Assembly: GCA_963662615.2 (NCBI GenBank)
Contig: CAXXSR010000001.1
Location: 512,001-576,000, forward strand
Source: Dehalococcoidia bacterium
GTDB lineage: Bacteria > Chloroflexota > Dehalococcoidia > Bin125
Length of the DNA stretch: 64,000 bases
Reading direction: 5' to 3'
The position numbers were made by a program, and so were the translations under genes. The notes under the pieces were generated by a model, which worked only from the letters and a program-made list of their open reading frames with translations, was not told where the DNA came from and made no database searches. Shown here in pieces: positions 26,161 through 36,648 of this stretch (positions are counted from its first letter, which is position 1; the number at the start of each line of letters is the position of its first letter).

Positions 26161-26598
26161 GTGGACGATTTCGGGGTCGATCTTGACGAGATCGCCCGCG
26201 TTATCGAGCGCGCCGACGTCTTGGTCATGCGCTTCCAGGTCATTGAGAAGCGACTACTGGTTGACTTTCGCACCTCTGAGGCGGAGGGCCCGCTGATCAA
26301 GGCGGTGCCGCCTGCCTCTTCGGTTGAGGAGCGCTTCCGCAGCTTGAAGGCGCTGCGCCCCGACTTTCCCCTCCCGGAACGGATCCTCTCGTTCATGTGG
26401 CCCCGCGGGCTCGGCTCCTTCCAGGAGGCCGGCCTCCTGGACATGCTGCAGAAACGGCTCATCTCCGTTGGCTCGGAGGCCGTGGATGGGGCGGTGCGAG
26501 AGAGCTACGCGGAGTTGCTGGCGGAGGAGCGTGAGACCGTCCGCGCCGCCATTCGCGGGGGAGAAGGCTTTCAGACCATCTGGGAACGGGGCACATGA
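26161..26598 (+). CDS. Conserved hypothetical protein
   Basis: GGAGG RBS; coding-like composition; ATGA-coupled to ltaE. Confidence 0.75.
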   Translation: MDDFGVDLDEIARVIERADVLVMRFQVIEKRLLVDFRTSEAEGPLIKAVPPASSVEERFRSLKALRPDFPLPERILSFMWPRGLGSFQEAGLLDMLQKRLISVGSEAVDGAVRESYAELLAEERETVRAAIRGGEGFQTIWERGT

Positions 26599-27653
26599 TG
26601 GCCAACCGCGATCACTCCAGGGACCGACGCCCCATTGACCTGCGCAGCGACACCGTCACCCGGCCCACCCCGGCGATGCGCCGCGCCACGGCCGACGCCG
26701 AAGTGGGTGACGACGTCTTCGGCGAGGACCCCACCGTCAACGCCTTGGAGGCCGCCGCCGCCGCGCGCGTGGGCAAGGAAGCGGCGCTCTTGGTGCCCAG
26801 CGGCACCATGGCGAACCTGACCGCCCTGCTGACCCACTGCCGCCCGGGCGATGAAGTGCTCCTGGGGGACCGCGCCCACATCGTCCGCGCCGAGGTCGGC
26901 GGGGCCGCCCGCCTCGGCGGGCTCCTGCTCACGACCCTGGAGAACCTGGACGATGGCAGCGTGGACCCGGAGCGAGTCCGCACCGCGGCGCGCGGCGCCA
27001 ATCTTCACCATCCGCCCACCACGCTGCTGGCCCTGGAGAACACGCACAACTACTGCGGCGGCGCCGTGCTGTCGCTGGAGATGACCCGCATCCTCACGGG
27101 CGTGGCCCGCGACTTGGGCCTGCGCATGCACTTGGACGGCGCCCGCCTCTTCAACGCCCAGATCGCCACGGGCGTGCAGGCGGCGGAGCTGGCGGCCACA
27201 TTCGACTCGGTCAACTTCTGCCTCTCCAAAGGGCTGGGCGCGCCGGTGGGATCGCTCGTCTGCGGCGATGCCGACTTCATTGCCCGCGCCCGCAAGGTCC
27301 GCAAGATGCTGGGCGGCGGCATGCGCCAGGCCGGCGTCTTCGCGGCCGCCGGCCTCGTCGCGCTCGACACCATGGTCGATCGCCTCGCCGACGACCATCG
27401 CAACGCGCAGGTGCTCAGTGCCGGCCTCCGTGAACTCGGCTTGGAGGTGGATCCTGACCGCGTCGCCACGAACATCGTGGTGGTGCCGGTCGGTGACGCA
27501 CCGGCCTTGCAGCGCCAACTCGCCGAGCAGGGCGTCCTCATCACTGTCCTCTCCGACCGGCTCGCGCGGTTGGTGACCAGCGCCGAGGTCGAAGCGGCGG
27601 ACATTGACGAGGCGCTGGGCCGTATCGAAAGAGCGTTACGGGTCCCCGTTTGA
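26595..27653 (+). CDS. ltaE: Low-specificity L-threonine aldolase
   Basis: DLRSDTVTRPT, GDDVFGEDPTV, SGTMAN, ENTHN, HLDGARLFNA, CLSKGLGAPVGS. Confidence 0.95.
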   Translation: MMANRDHSRDRRPIDLRSDTVTRPTPAMRRATADAEVGDDVFGEDPTVNALEAAAAARVGKEAALLVPSGTMANLTALLTHCRPGDEVLLGDRAHIVRAEVGGAARLGGLLLTTLENLDDGSVDPERVRTAARGANLHHPPTTLLALENTHNYCGGAVLSLEMTRILTGVARDLGLRMHLDGARLFNAQIATGVQAAELAATFDSVNFCLSKGLGAPVGSLVCGDADFIARARKVRKMLGGGMRQAGVFAAAGLVALDTMVDRLADDHRNAQVLSAGLRELGLEVDPDRVATNIVVVPVGDAPALQRQLAEQGVLITVLSDRLARLVTSAEVEAADIDEALGRIERALRVPV

Positions 27654-28426
27654 TGGTGGGCGCCGGCGCCCTGCGCGGCTTCCTGCGGCTGCCCCTCCTC
27701 CTGGCGGCGAGCGTGGTCGCGACGGCCTGCGCCGCCGCGGGCGACTTTCCCGACCCCAGCAACCCCGTCACTTCGATCTCTTGGCCCGACTACGAGCTGC
27801 TCCGCTACCTGATCACCGACCAGACCAACGCGACGCTGGGCACCGCGGAGTTCGAGATCGAGCGGGACGGCGACGAATTCCAGATGCGCATCCTCTTCCT
27901 CCTGCCCGACAGCGGCGTGAGTGACGAAGTCTTCCTCCGCACGCGCGCCGACACCCTCAAGCCGGTGCGCTACTCGCGCCTCGCGACGAGCCCTGACGAA
28001 CGGATCGAGGCCGGCGGCGTTTACGGTCGCGACGCCGAGGGCCAGTCGATCGTGGACACCACGCTCGCTGAAAACGGCGAGCAGAAGCTGAAGCGGGTGA
28101 CGATCGGCGAGTTCGCCTTCGACAACGACTCCGCGGCCTGGCTCTGGCGCAGCATCGCGTTCGCGCAGGACTTCGGCGTCACCTACCGCTCCGTCAACGT
28201 GCGGCAGCAGCGCAGCCAACTGGTCCGGCTCCGCGTGGTGGGTCAGGACCTGGTTCGCACGCCCGCCGGCGAATTCCTGGCTTGGCAACTTGAGGTCTTG
28301 GGTGGAGCGGAAGTGCAGCACGTCTGGTTTCAAGTGGAGCCCCCGCATCGCCTGGTCCGCTGGGACCTGCAGCCGCGGCAGTACCACCTCATGGAGATCG
28401 TCACGCAGCGCCCCGCCGGCGATTGA
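27650..28426 (+). CDS. Putative lipoprotein (DUF3108-like beta-rich fold)
   Basis: ATAC lipobox-like; VRTPAGEFLAW and VWF...HRLVRW motifs. Confidence 0.65.
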   Translation: MMVGAGALRGFLRLPLLLAASVVATACAAAGDFPDPSNPVTSISWPDYELLRYLITDQTNATLGTAEFEIERDGDEFQMRILFLLPDSGVSDEVFLRTRADTLKPVRYSRLATSPDERIEAGGVYGRDAEGQSIVDTTLAENGEQKLKRVTIGEFAFDNDSAAWLWRSIAFAQDFGVTYRSVNVRQQRSQLVRLRVVGQDLVRTPAGEFLAWQLEVLGGAEVQHVWFQVEPPHRLVRWDLQPRQYHLMEIVTQRPAGD

Positions 28427-28442
28427 AGGCGACGCCCGCCGC

Positions 28443-29012
28443 TCACGATCCGCGCGACCAGAGGCAGCCGACGCCGGCCGCCCGCGTGCGCCCTTCCAGC
28501 GCCACGAGCTGATCGCGCAACTGTCCGTCGCGCCGCCAGGCTCGGGCCAGCCCCTCACCGATGAGCACCGCCTCCACCGACGTCCGCTCGGGCGCAGTGA
28601 AGGCGTAGCGCAGAAGCCGGCTTCCGTCGTCGTTTCGCGGTCCCGGCAGCAGCAAGAGCGGCGCGCCCACCGGCAGGAGCCCCGCCAGACGCAGGCGCGC
28701 CTCCTGGGCGCAGCGCTCTCCCCGTTCCGGCGCGTCCACGCCGAACAGCCGGACCCGCACGCGCGCTCCCTCCACGCTGGCGTCAAGCGTGTCGCCGTCA
28801 AGGATGCGCACCGTCCGTGCTCGCTCGAAGGCGCTGAGCGGGAGGTCGGCACGGTGTTGCGGATCGAGGCTGACGAAGCCGGCCGGCACGGTGGCGGCGG
28901 GCAGCTGGACGTGGTCGCCCCCGCCGCTGATCCCCGCCCGCGCCGCCAGCACGGCGATGGCGATGACGAAGGCGGCTGCCGGCAGGCCGACAAGGATCAG
29001 GCGCTGGCGCAC
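28443..29012 (-). CDS. Exported thermonuclease (SNase-like)
   Basis: RILDGDTL, VRLFGVDAPE, RLLRY, GLA, GVGCLW. Confidence 0.9.
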   Translation of the reverse strand: MRQRLILVGLPAAAFVIAIAVLAARAGISGGGDHVQLPAATVPAGFVSLDPQHRADLPLSAFERARTVRILDGDTLDASVEGARVRVRLFGVDAPERGERCAQEARLRLAGLLPVGAPLLLLPGPRNDDGSRLLRYAFTAPERTSVEAVLIGEGLARAWRRDGQLRDQLVALEGRTRAAGVGCLWSRGS

Positions 29013-29135
29013 TGGTGCGGCGTCCGTCGCGCGTCAAGGGGTCGGCGCGGCGGTGGGGTCGCCGCCCGCCCTCGCTGGCGCGCAGCGATCGTAGCAGGCC
29101 GGCCCCGCTGCTAGCCGCGTTGCTAGACTGCGGCG

Positions 29136-29750
29136 GTGCGCTGTCTTCTGATCACGCCGGACGCGCGCTTCGAACGTGAGCTGCGCGAGCGCGGCCCGGA
29201 CGATGTCGCCTTCACCGTCGTGGCGGACGCCGCGGCGGCCATGCGCGCCTGGGCCCGCGGCCGCTTCGCCGCCGCTATCTTGGACGCCGCCACCCCCGCG
29301 CCCGTGGCCCGGGAGTTCCTGCACTGGTGGAGCGCCGCGCCGGAGCGCGCCACGCGCAGGCTGATCCTTGCCGGCCCGGGCGAGGCGGCGCCGCCCCCGG
29401 GCGCCGCGCTCGCCGAGCGCAGCGCGGAGGGAATCGTCCGCGCCTTCTCCTCCCGCGCCGCCACCGTCATCGACACGCAGCGGCACGGCCTCAGCAGTCC
29501 CCAGGCCGGTGTCTCGCTGACGCCGTCGGAGGCGGCGCTGCTGACGTATCTCGTCGAGCGTGGCGGCACCGTCCCCACCGGGGAGCTGCTCCGCAACGCG
29601 CTCGGCTATGCCGATGACAGCTCGCCGGCCGTCGTGCGCACGCATCTGACCAACATTCGCCGCAAGTGCCGGCAGGCCGGTATGGAAGACCCCGTGGGCA
29701 CCGTCCGCCGCCGGGGCTACTTCGCCCGCGGCGTTGCGCTGCGCTCGTAA
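29136..29750 (+). CDS. OmpR-type winged-helix regulator with degenerate receiver domain
   Basis: LTPSEAALLTYL, VVRTHLTNIRRK, TVRRRGY; receiver lacks the acidic pair and conserved Lys. Confidence 0.75.
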   Translation: MRCLLITPDARFERELRERGPDDVAFTVVADAAAAMRAWARGRFAAAILDAATPAPVAREFLHWWSAAPERATRRLILAGPGEAAPPPGAALAERSAEGIVRAFSSRAATVIDTQRHGLSSPQAGVSLTPSEAALLTYLVERGGTVPTGELLRNALGYADDSSPAVVRTHLTNIRRKCRQAGMEDPVGTVRRRGYFARGVALRS

Positions 29751-29758
29751 CGGCGCGG

Positions 29759-30298
29759 CTACGAGAACGGGCCGGTCACCCAGTCCCAGATCGCCTCCAC
29801 CGCTTCGACGGCGGTGAAGTCGTCGAGCCATCTGCCCTCGTGGAGCGCGAATTCCTGGAACTCCTTCAACGCCAGCAGGAACGCTCCCCAGCGCAAGACC
29901 GGGCCACGCTGAAAGCGGAAGCCGGGATTCCAGTGGGGCAGGCTGGCGACGAAGAGGAACCAGAACTCGAAGAGGTTGGGGAAGAAGAGCAGGACGAAGC
30001 GGTCGCCGCTCGCCTCGAAGGCGACGAACCCCACCAGGCGGAAGGCGAAGAGCCCCACAGCGATGCTGCGCGCCGGTCCCGTCCAGCGGTTCGCCACGAT
30101 CAGGAAGGTGACGAGGTAGACCTGGTCGAGGTACTTGTCGAAGCTCTGGTAATTGGCCACGCCCCCCAGGTCCAGCAGGTTGCGCCAGAAGAGGTCGCTG
30201 AGATCGACGAAGACGGCGATCAGCCCGCCCACGAACGCCCATCGCAGCACCGGCACGGATCCGGCTACGCGAATCGCGCCGATGACGAGCACTTCCAT
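29759..30298 (-). CDS. Integral membrane hypothetical protein
   Basis: Several hydrophobic helices; YQSFDKYLD and FFPNLFEFWF motifs. Confidence 0.75.
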   Translation of the reverse strand: MEVLVIGAIRVAGSVPVLRWAFVGGLIAVFVDLSDLFWRNLLDLGGVANYQSFDKYLDQVYLVTFLIVANRWTGPARSIAVGLFAFRLVGFVAFEASGDRFVLLFFPNLFEFWFLFVASLPHWNPGFRFQRGPVLRWGAFLLALKEFQEFALHEGRWLDDFTAVEAVEAIWDWVTGPFS

Positions 30299-30376
30299 GG
30301 ATTCAGCGTGCGCGGCGGCGGGCGCGCTGTCCAGGGGCCGCCGACGCTGGCGAGATCGCCGGCGTGATCGCCGGCG

Positions 30377-31051
30377 CTAGTAGCTGGAGACGTTGATCTC
30401 TTCCAGCTTGCCGGTGACGAGAAAGATGGCGCGTTCGCAGATGTTGGTGGCGCGATCGGCGATGCGCTCCAGGTTGTGCGACGCCCACAGCACGTGCGTG
30501 ATCACGTCGAACTCCTGCGCGTCGTGCGGCAGCCCCGCCAAGCGCTGGATCAGGTGCCGGTGCACCGTCTCATAGACCGCATCCACCTCGTCATCCAAGT
30601 CACAGGTCGTGCGGGCCAGCTTCACGTTGCGCTCCATGAACGCGGTGATCGCGGAGCGCAGCATCTCCTGGGCCTTTGCCGCCATCTCCCAGAGCGCCGG
30701 CTCCATGGTCGCGGTTGGATCTTCGCCCAGGAAGAGCACGATCCGCGCGATGCCTTCCGCGTGGTCGCCAATGCGCTCCAGGTCTCCAACGATGGAGAGG
30801 ATGGAGACCATCTCCCGCAGGTCGGAGGCCACCGGCGCCTGCAGCGCCATGAGATTGACCACGGCCTCTTCAATGGCGTAGCGCTGGTCGTTGATCTCGC
30901 GGTCGCCATCCACCACGGCGCGGGCCAGCGTCATGTCCCGCGTGCGCATCGCCTCCATGGCGTCGGCGATCGCCTTGTCCACCCGCGCCGCGAGCAGGCG
31001 GACGGCGTCCGTCGATTGGCCCAGCCCTTGGTCGAAGGCGGTGCGTGGCAC
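30377..31051 (-). CDS. phoU: Phosphate signalling protein PhoU
   Basis: QAPVASDLR, DLERIGDHA, NLERIADRATNICE. Confidence 0.96.
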   Translation of the reverse strand: MPRTAFDQGLGQSTDAVRLLAARVDKAIADAMEAMRTRDMTLARAVVDGDREINDQRYAIEEAVVNLMALQAPVASDLREMVSILSIVGDLERIGDHAEGIARIVLFLGEDPTATMEPALWEMAAKAQEMLRSAITAFMERNVKLARTTCDLDDEVDAVYETVHRHLIQRLAGLPHDAQEFDVITHVLWASHNLERIADRATNICERAIFLVTGKLEEINVSSY

Positions 31052-31098
31052 TGGGGACCCCCTTTGCCCGCGGGCGGCGGCGCGGCCGCCGCGGCGGC

Positions 31099-32001
31099 CT
31101 AGCCGTAGCGACCGGTGATGTAGTCTTCCGTCCGTTTCTCCTGGGGCGTCGTGAAGATCGTCCCCGTGGGGCCGTACTCCACCAGACGCCCCGTGCGATC
31201 CTGGCCCGCCAGCAAGAAGGCGGTGTAGTCCGAGACGCGAGCAGCCTGCTGCATGTTGTGCGTGACCACGATGATCGTGTACTGCTCCGCCAGCTCGCGC
31301 ATCAGGTCCTCGATTTTGAGGGTAGCAATAGGGTCAAGTGCGCTGGCGGGCTCGTCCATCAAGATGATGTCCGGCTGCACCGCGATGGCGCGGGCGATAC
31401 AGAGGCGCTGCTGCTGGCCACCGGACAGCGCCAGCCCGCTCGTCTTCAGAATGTCGTGCACTTCGTCCCACAGCGCCGCCCGCCGCAACGACGCCTCCAC
31501 CAGCGCGTCCAGGTCGCCCTTGAAGCCGTTGACGCGCGGCCCGAAAGCCACGTTGGCGTAGATGGACTTGGGGAACGGGTTGGGCTTTTGGAACACCATC
31601 CCCACCCGCCGGCGGATATCCACGGCGTCGACCTCGTCACCGAGAATGTTCTCTCCCTCGTAGTCAATCACGCCGCTCATGCGCGCGCTGGGGATCAGAT
31701 CGTTCATGCGGTTGAAGCAGCGCAAGAGCGTGCTCTTGCCACAGCCCGACGGTCCGATCAGCGCCGTGACCTTGCGCTTGGCGATGTCCAGTGAGATCGA
31801 GTCCAGCGCCTGGAACCGCCCGTAGTAGACGGAGACGTCGCGAAGCTCCAGCGCCAGCTCTTCATCCAGCTTGTGGATGACCGACGCCTGCGGTTGGTCG
31901 ATGGCGCCTCGCAGCGAGGCCGCGTCGTCCTGCTGAGTGCTCCGCTCAACCGTCACGGGATATGCCCTGCGCCCATGCCCCTGCTCCGTCCGCAATTCCA
32001 C
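31099..32001 (-). CDS. pstB: Phosphate ABC transporter ATPase (start may be GTG at 31956)
   Basis: [49 protein letters not shown]. Confidence 0.96.
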   Translation of the reverse strand: MELRTEQGHGRRAYPVTVERSTQQDDAASLRGAIDQPQASVIHKLDEELALELRDVSVYYGRFQALDSISLDIAKRKVTALIGPSGCGKSTLLRCFNRMNDLIPSARMSGVIDYEGENILGDEVDAVDIRRRVGMVFQKPNPFPKSIYANVAFGPRVNGFKGDLDALVEASLRRAALWDEVHDILKTSGLALSGGQQQRLCIARAIAVQPDIILMDEPASALDPIATLKIEDLMRELAEQYTIIVVTHNMQQAARVSDYTAFLLAGQDRTGRLVEYGPTGTIFTTPQEKRTEDYITGRYG

Positions 32002-32027
32002 TGCCGGCGTCGCCCCGGCTGCCTATC

Positions 32028-32939
32028 CTACCAGCGCACGCGCGTCCGCTGCCGCAAGACGATGGCGGCACTGTTCATGACCAGCAGCATAATCAGCAGC
32101 AGCAGGATGCCCGCGGCGGCGACCTGCTGGAAATCCGCCTGCGGCCGCGAGATCCAGTTGAAGATCTGAATGGGCAGGACGGTGTACGGATCGAGTGGGT
32201 CCTGCGGCAAGAAGGCGACGAAGGTCAGCGCGCCGACGATGATCAGCGGCGCCGTCTCGCCAATGGCGCGGGACATGGCCAGGATGTTGCCAGTCATCAT
32301 CCCGCCGAGGGCATAGGGCAGGACGCTGTGCCGCACCATCTGCCAGCGCGTGGCGCCCAGGGCGTAGGCGCCTTCCCGCATGGACGGCGGCACCGCTCGC
32401 AGCGACTCCTGCGCGCTCACGATGATGATGGGCATGACCAGCAGGGCCATCGTCAGTGCGGCCGCCAGGACGCTGCGCTCCAGCTCCATGGTCCGCACGA
32501 ACAGCTGCAGCCCCAGCAGCCCGTAGACAATAGAAGGTACCCCCGCCAGGTTGCTGATGTTGATCTGGATGAACCGCAGGAACCAGTTCGGGCGGGCGTA
32601 CTCCTCCAGATAGATCGCGGCCCCCACCCCCAGCGGAAAAGCGATCGCCGCCGTCAGCGCCATCATGTAGAGCGTGCCGATCACGCCGGCGTAGACGCCC
32701 GCCCGCGCTGGGAAGCGGGAAGGGAAGTTCGTGAGGAAACCGACGTCCAGGATGGTGGGCAGGTTGAACAGCCGCGCCGCCCCGTCCAGCGCGACGTCGA
32801 TGATCAGCGCGCCTAGCAGCAGCAGGCTTACGACTATAGCCAGCACGCAGGCGCCCACGAACAACCGGCCGATCCAGATGCGCAGGGCCACCTTGGGGCG
32901 CCATTCCCCCTCCACCGACATGGGCGCCGCGTCGCTCAT
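32028..32939 (-). CDS. pstA: Phosphate ABC transporter permease
   Basis: [27 protein letters not shown]. Confidence 0.95.
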   Translation of the reverse strand: MSDAAPMSVEGEWRPKVALRIWIGRLFVGACVLAIVVSLLLLGALIIDVALDGAARLFNLPTILDVGFLTNFPSRFPARAGVYAGVIGTLYMMALTAAIAFPLGVGAAIYLEEYARPNWFLRFIQINISNLAGVPSIVYGLLGLQLFVRTMELERSVLAAALTMALLVMPIIIVSAQESLRAVPPSMREGAYALGATRWQMVRHSVLPYALGGMMTGNILAMSRAIGETAPLIIVGALTFVAFLPQDPLDPYTVLPIQIFNWISRPQADFQQVAAAGILLLLIMLLVMNSAAIVLRQRTRVRW

Positions 32940-33922
32940 TCGTACGCCTCCCGAAAGCGGCTGCGCACGTACTGCGCGGCGATGTTCATGACGAGCGTGA
33001 GCACGAAGAGGGTCATGGCCACGGCGAAGAGCGTCTTGAACTCCAGGCTGCCGGCGGGCGTGTCACCCAGACTGATCTGCACAATGAACGCCGTCATCGT
33101 TTGCACGGCCTCCAACGGGTTGAGCGTGAAGTGCGGATTCGCTCCCGCCGCAATGGTCACGATCATCGTCTCGCCAATCGCCCGCGAGGCAGCCAGGATC
33201 ACCGACGCGACCACCCCCGACAGCGCCGCCGGCAGGACCACCCGCAGGGCCGTCTCCATGCGCGTCGCGCCCAGGGCGTAGGCCCCTTCGCGCAGCGCGG
33301 CGGGCACGGCGGCGAAGGCATCCTCACTCAGCGACGAGATCATGGGGATGATCATGATCCCCATCACAATGCCGGCGCTGAGCGCGTTGAACACGCCCAC
33401 TTCGGGAAAGATCTCGCGGGTAATGGGGCTGACGAAGAGCAGCGCGAAGTAGCCGTAGACCACGGTGGGGATGCCGGCCAACACCTCCAGCGCCGGCTTC
33501 AGGACCGCGTGGAGTCGGGGCGGCGCGTACTCGCTCATGAAGATGGCGGCGAGCAGGCCCAGCGGGATCGCCACGCTCAAGGCGATCGCCGCCACCAGCA
33601 CGGTCCCCGCAACCAGCGCCCACACGCCGAAGCTCTGGTCCAGGAAGAGCGGCGCCCAGGTGGTGGAGCCGAAGAAGTCGCCGAAGGGGACCTCCTGGAA
33701 GAACTCAACCGTCTGGAAAATGAGCACCAGCACGATCCCGACGGTGACGAAGGCGGAGAGGGCGGCGGAGAGAAACAGCGCCAGGTGGATGACGCGACCG
33801 CTGCGCGTCTCCCGGCCGGTCCCGCCACGGCTCGGATTCAGGTAGTCCCGCCAGAGGCGGCGAAGGCGCTGCCTGGCGCGCCCACGGGGTCTCGGCCCCA
33901 ACGGCCGCGCTCCCGCGGTCAC
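32936..33922 (-). CDS. pstC: Phosphate ABC transporter permease
   Basis: [28 protein letters not shown]. Confidence 0.95.
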   Translation of the reverse strand: MTAGARPLGPRPRGRARQRLRRLWRDYLNPSRGGTGRETRSGRVIHLALFLSAALSAFVTVGIVLVLIFQTVEFFQEVPFGDFFGSTTWAPLFLDQSFGVWALVAGTVLVAAIALSVAIPLGLLAAIFMSEYAPPRLHAVLKPALEVLAGIPTVVYGYFALLFVSPITREIFPEVGVFNALSAGIVMGIMIIPMISSLSEDAFAAVPAALREGAYALGATRMETALRVVLPAALSGVVASVILAASRAIGETMIVTIAAGANPHFTLNPLEAVQTMTAFIVQISLGDTPAGSLEFKTLFAVAMTLFVLTLVMNIAAQYVRSRFREAYE

Positions 33923-33985
33923 CGCCCCACCCCGGGCGTCGCGCGACGCCCCTGCGAGGGAGAGAACGACCTGCTCACACCGCCG

Positions 33986-34028
33986 AACTTAAGCAGCACG
34001 GTGGCGGCCATGGTCAACGGCCGGTTAG
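33986..34028 (-). promoter_or_regulatory. Putative Pho-box promoter upstream of pstC
   Basis: Minus-strand CTAACC/TTGACC at 11-bp period, then TAAGTT -10 at the same spacing as upstream of pstS. Confidence 0.5.
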
Positions 34029-34093
34029 CGTTCGCGGGCGCCGCCCCTTGGCAGGCCCAACGGCGCTGGCACCGCCGCGCCGCGGCCTGGGCG

Positions 34094-35122
34094 TCATCCG
34101 CCACCGTACAACGCCACCAGGTCCGCGCCCGGCTCTACCTCTTGCAACAAGGAGCCGGTGACCGCGCCGCGGGCGCGCTCCAGCCCCAGCGCGTACAGCT
34201 CTTCCGGCAACTGCACGTAGCCGATCTCCGGGTCGTCTACCAGCGTGCGCCCCAGCGTCAGCAGGAAGGCGATGAACTCTTGCACGACCGGCTCCGCCAG
34301 CGAGGCCGGCCGCACGTAGATCAGCAGCGGCCGGGACAGCGGCGAGTAGCTGCCGTCGTTGATCGTCTCCGCCGACGGCAGCACCGGCCCCGCGCCGCCG
34401 TCGATGGGGACGGCGCGCAGGATCTCCTTATTGTTTTCGAAGAACGAGATGCCGAAATAGCCCAGCCCAAAGCGCTCGCCGGACACGCCGAGCACCAGCA
34501 GGTTGTCGTCCTCGCTGGCCGTGAAGTCCGTCCGGATCGCGCCGACCGCCCCGTTCACCGTCTCCGTGAAGTAGTCGAAGGTGCCGGAGTCGACCCCCGG
34601 CCCGAACAGCTCCATCGCCTCGTCCGGCCAGACGGGCCGGACGTCGGACCAGCGCTCGGCGGGGTCGTTGGGGCGCCAAATCCGGTTCAGTTCCTCCAAG
34701 GTGAGGAGATCCACGAACTGGTTGTCGGGATTGACGACGATCGTGAGCCCGTCGAAGGCGATGGGGATCTCCACGAACTCCACCCCTTCCTCGGCGCACA
34801 GCTCGATCTCCGATGGTTTGATCGGCCGGGAAGCGTTGCTGATGTCGGTCTCGCCGTTGCAAAAGCGTTTGAAGCCGCCCCCGGTGCCGGAGACGCCCAC
34901 CGTCACCCGCGCGCCGCGGTGCTCCAGGCTGAACTCCTCCGCCACCGCCTCCATGATCGGAAAGACCGTGCTGGATCCGTCGATCTCGACAGTGCCGGAG
35001 AGGCCGCTGGTGTCCTGGCAGGCGGCGAGGGCCATGGCGCCGGCCAGCGCCGCGACCGCGAGAACGAGAGCGAGAGCGAGGCGCCGGTTGCGCACGCGGT
35101 CGGGGAGAGCGGCAGTGAGCAC
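34094..35122 (-). CDS. pstS: Phosphate-binding lipoprotein
   Basis: LAAC lipobox, IDGSSTVFPI, SGTGGGFKRFC, SGTFDYF, YSPLSRPL. Confidence 0.96.
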   Translation of the reverse strand: MLTAALPDRVRNRRLALALVLAVAALAGAMALAACQDTSGLSGTVEIDGSSTVFPIMEAVAEEFSLEHRGARVTVGVSGTGGGFKRFCNGETDISNASRPIKPSEIELCAEEGVEFVEIPIAFDGLTIVVNPDNQFVDLLTLEELNRIWRPNDPAERWSDVRPVWPDEAMELFGPGVDSGTFDYFTETVNGAVGAIRTDFTASEDDNLLVLGVSGERFGLGYFGISFFENNKEILRAVPIDGGAGPVLPSAETINDGSYSPLSRPLLIYVRPASLAEPVVQEFIAFLLTLGRTLVDDPEIGYVQLPEELYALGLERARGAVTGSLLQEVEPGADLVALYGGG

Positions 35123-35164
35123 GTCCCGCCTCCAGCAACGCTTGCTGCGCGCGATTCGAATGGG

Positions 35165-35208
35165 AGCGTAGAGGCGCCCGCCGCGGATCCGGTTAAGAGA
35201 CGATTAAA
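35165..35208 (-). promoter_or_regulatory. Putative Pho-box promoter of pstS
   Basis: Minus-strand TTAATC/TTAACC at 11-bp period, then TACGCT -10. Confidence 0.6.
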
Positions 35209-36646
35209 ATCTTGACTCCGCCACGTCGGCGGAGGACGGCCGCTGCCGCGGCAGCGAAAAGCCGAACGTGGAGCCGGCGCCCAGCTCGCTCTCCACCATG
35301 ACGGAGCCGCCGTGAGCTTCCGCGATGTGGCGGACGAGCGCGAGCCCCAGGCCCGTGCCGCCCGCCCGCTGTCGCGCCCGGTCCGCCCGATAGAAGCGTT
35401 GGAAGATGCGCGCTTGATCCTCGACCGACAGGCCAATGCCCGTATCGCGGACCTGCAGCCAGATGACCTCGTCCGCGGCTCGGAGGGAGAGCGTCACTTC
35501 GCCGGGCGCGGGCGTGAATTTAATGGCGTTCTGGAGCAGGTTGACGAGTGCCCGCTGGGCCAGGTCCGGGTCCGCGTTCACCGTCATGTCCTCTGCGGGC
35601 CTGTCCTCGGCAGGAGAATGCTCGGCGGGCTCGCTCACGCTGAGGGTCAGCCCGGCCCGCTCCGCTTGGGGGCGCAACCGCCCGACTGCTTCCTGGACGG
35701 CCGCGCGCAGGTCCAGCCGGCGCGGCTGCGGCTGCGCCAGCCCTGACTCCAGCCGCGCCAGCTCCAGCATCTCTTCCACCAGCGCCGCCATCCGATCCGA
35801 TTCCGTCCCAATAATCGCGTGAAAGCGTTTGGCGTCCGCGGCGGCCACGCCCTGCTCTAGCGTCTCGACGGCCGCGGAGATGGCGGCCAGCGGCGTGCGC
35901 AGTTCATGCGAGACGTTGGCCACGAACTCGCGTCGCGCCGCTTCCGCCGCATGCATGGCGGTGACGTCGTGCATGACCAGCACGGCGGCCCAGAGCCCGC
36001 CGCCGCTGACCGGCTTCGCCGTTGCCTGAAACTGGCGGCCGTCGCGGCGGACTGGCTGCGGCGGCGCCTCTTGGCCCCGCAGCGCCTGCGAAACCAGTTC
36101 GTAGACCTCGTGATCAAAGAGCACGGAGAGGAGCGGCTGGCCCACGGCGCTCTTGGGCGCGGCGGTGAGGGCGGTGGTGGCGGCGCGATTGGCATAGACG
36201 ACGCGGCCCTCGCGATCGACGGCGACCACCACGTCCGCGGAGGCGGCCAGGGTTTGCTCTAGCCGCTCCCGTTCCGCCGCTGCCGCCGCCAGCTGCTGCC
36301 GGAGCGTGCCGGCCAGATCGTTGAAGGCGGCGCCCAGATCGCGGACCTCCTGGGGATCGCTCAGGCACAGCGGTGCCGTCCCCTCGCCCCGCACCAGTGC
36401 CGTCGCCGCCGTTCGCAGCCGCCGGAACGGCCGCACCGTGACGTGCGCCACCACGGCTCCCGTCGCCAGGACCAGCGCGGCCGCCACCAAGAGCGCCACC
36501 ACGATGCCGACGGTGGCGCGCCCCTCGTCCCCGTCCCGGGCGGCGTCGCGGATGAACGGCACCAGGATCCCGCCCAGCCCCGCCAGGAGCGCTGAACCGA
36601 TCAGCGCGGTCATCAGGAGGATGCGGCTGCGCGGTCCACGAGCCAC
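35204..36646 (-). CDS. phoR: PhoR-like sensor histidine kinase (HAMP-PAS-HisKA-HATPase)
   Basis: FVANVSHELRTP, NLLQNAIKFT, DTGIG, FYRADRAR, GTGLGL; adjacent to the pst genes. Confidence 0.88.
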   Translation of the reverse strand: MARGPRSRILLMTALIGSALLAGLGGILVPFIRDAARDGDEGRATVGIVVALLVAAALVLATGAVVAHVTVRPFRRLRTAATALVRGEGTAPLCLSDPQEVRDLGAAFNDLAGTLRQQLAAAAAERERLEQTLAASADVVVAVDREGRVVYANRAATTALTAAPKSAVGQPLLSVLFDHEVYELVSQALRGQEAPPQPVRRDGRQFQATAKPVSGGGLWAAVLVMHDVTAMHAAEAARREFVANVSHELRTPLAAISAAVETLEQGVAAADAKRFHAIIGTESDRMAALVEEMLELARLESGLAQPQPRRLDLRAAVQEAVGRLRPQAERAGLTLSVSEPAEHSPAEDRPAEDMTVNADPDLAQRALVNLLQNAIKFTPAPGEVTLSLRAADEVIWLQVRDTGIGLSVEDQARIFQRFYRADRARQRAGGTGLGLALVRHIAEAHGGSVMVESELGAGSTFGFSLPRQRPSSADVAESRF

Positions 36647-36648
36647 GA

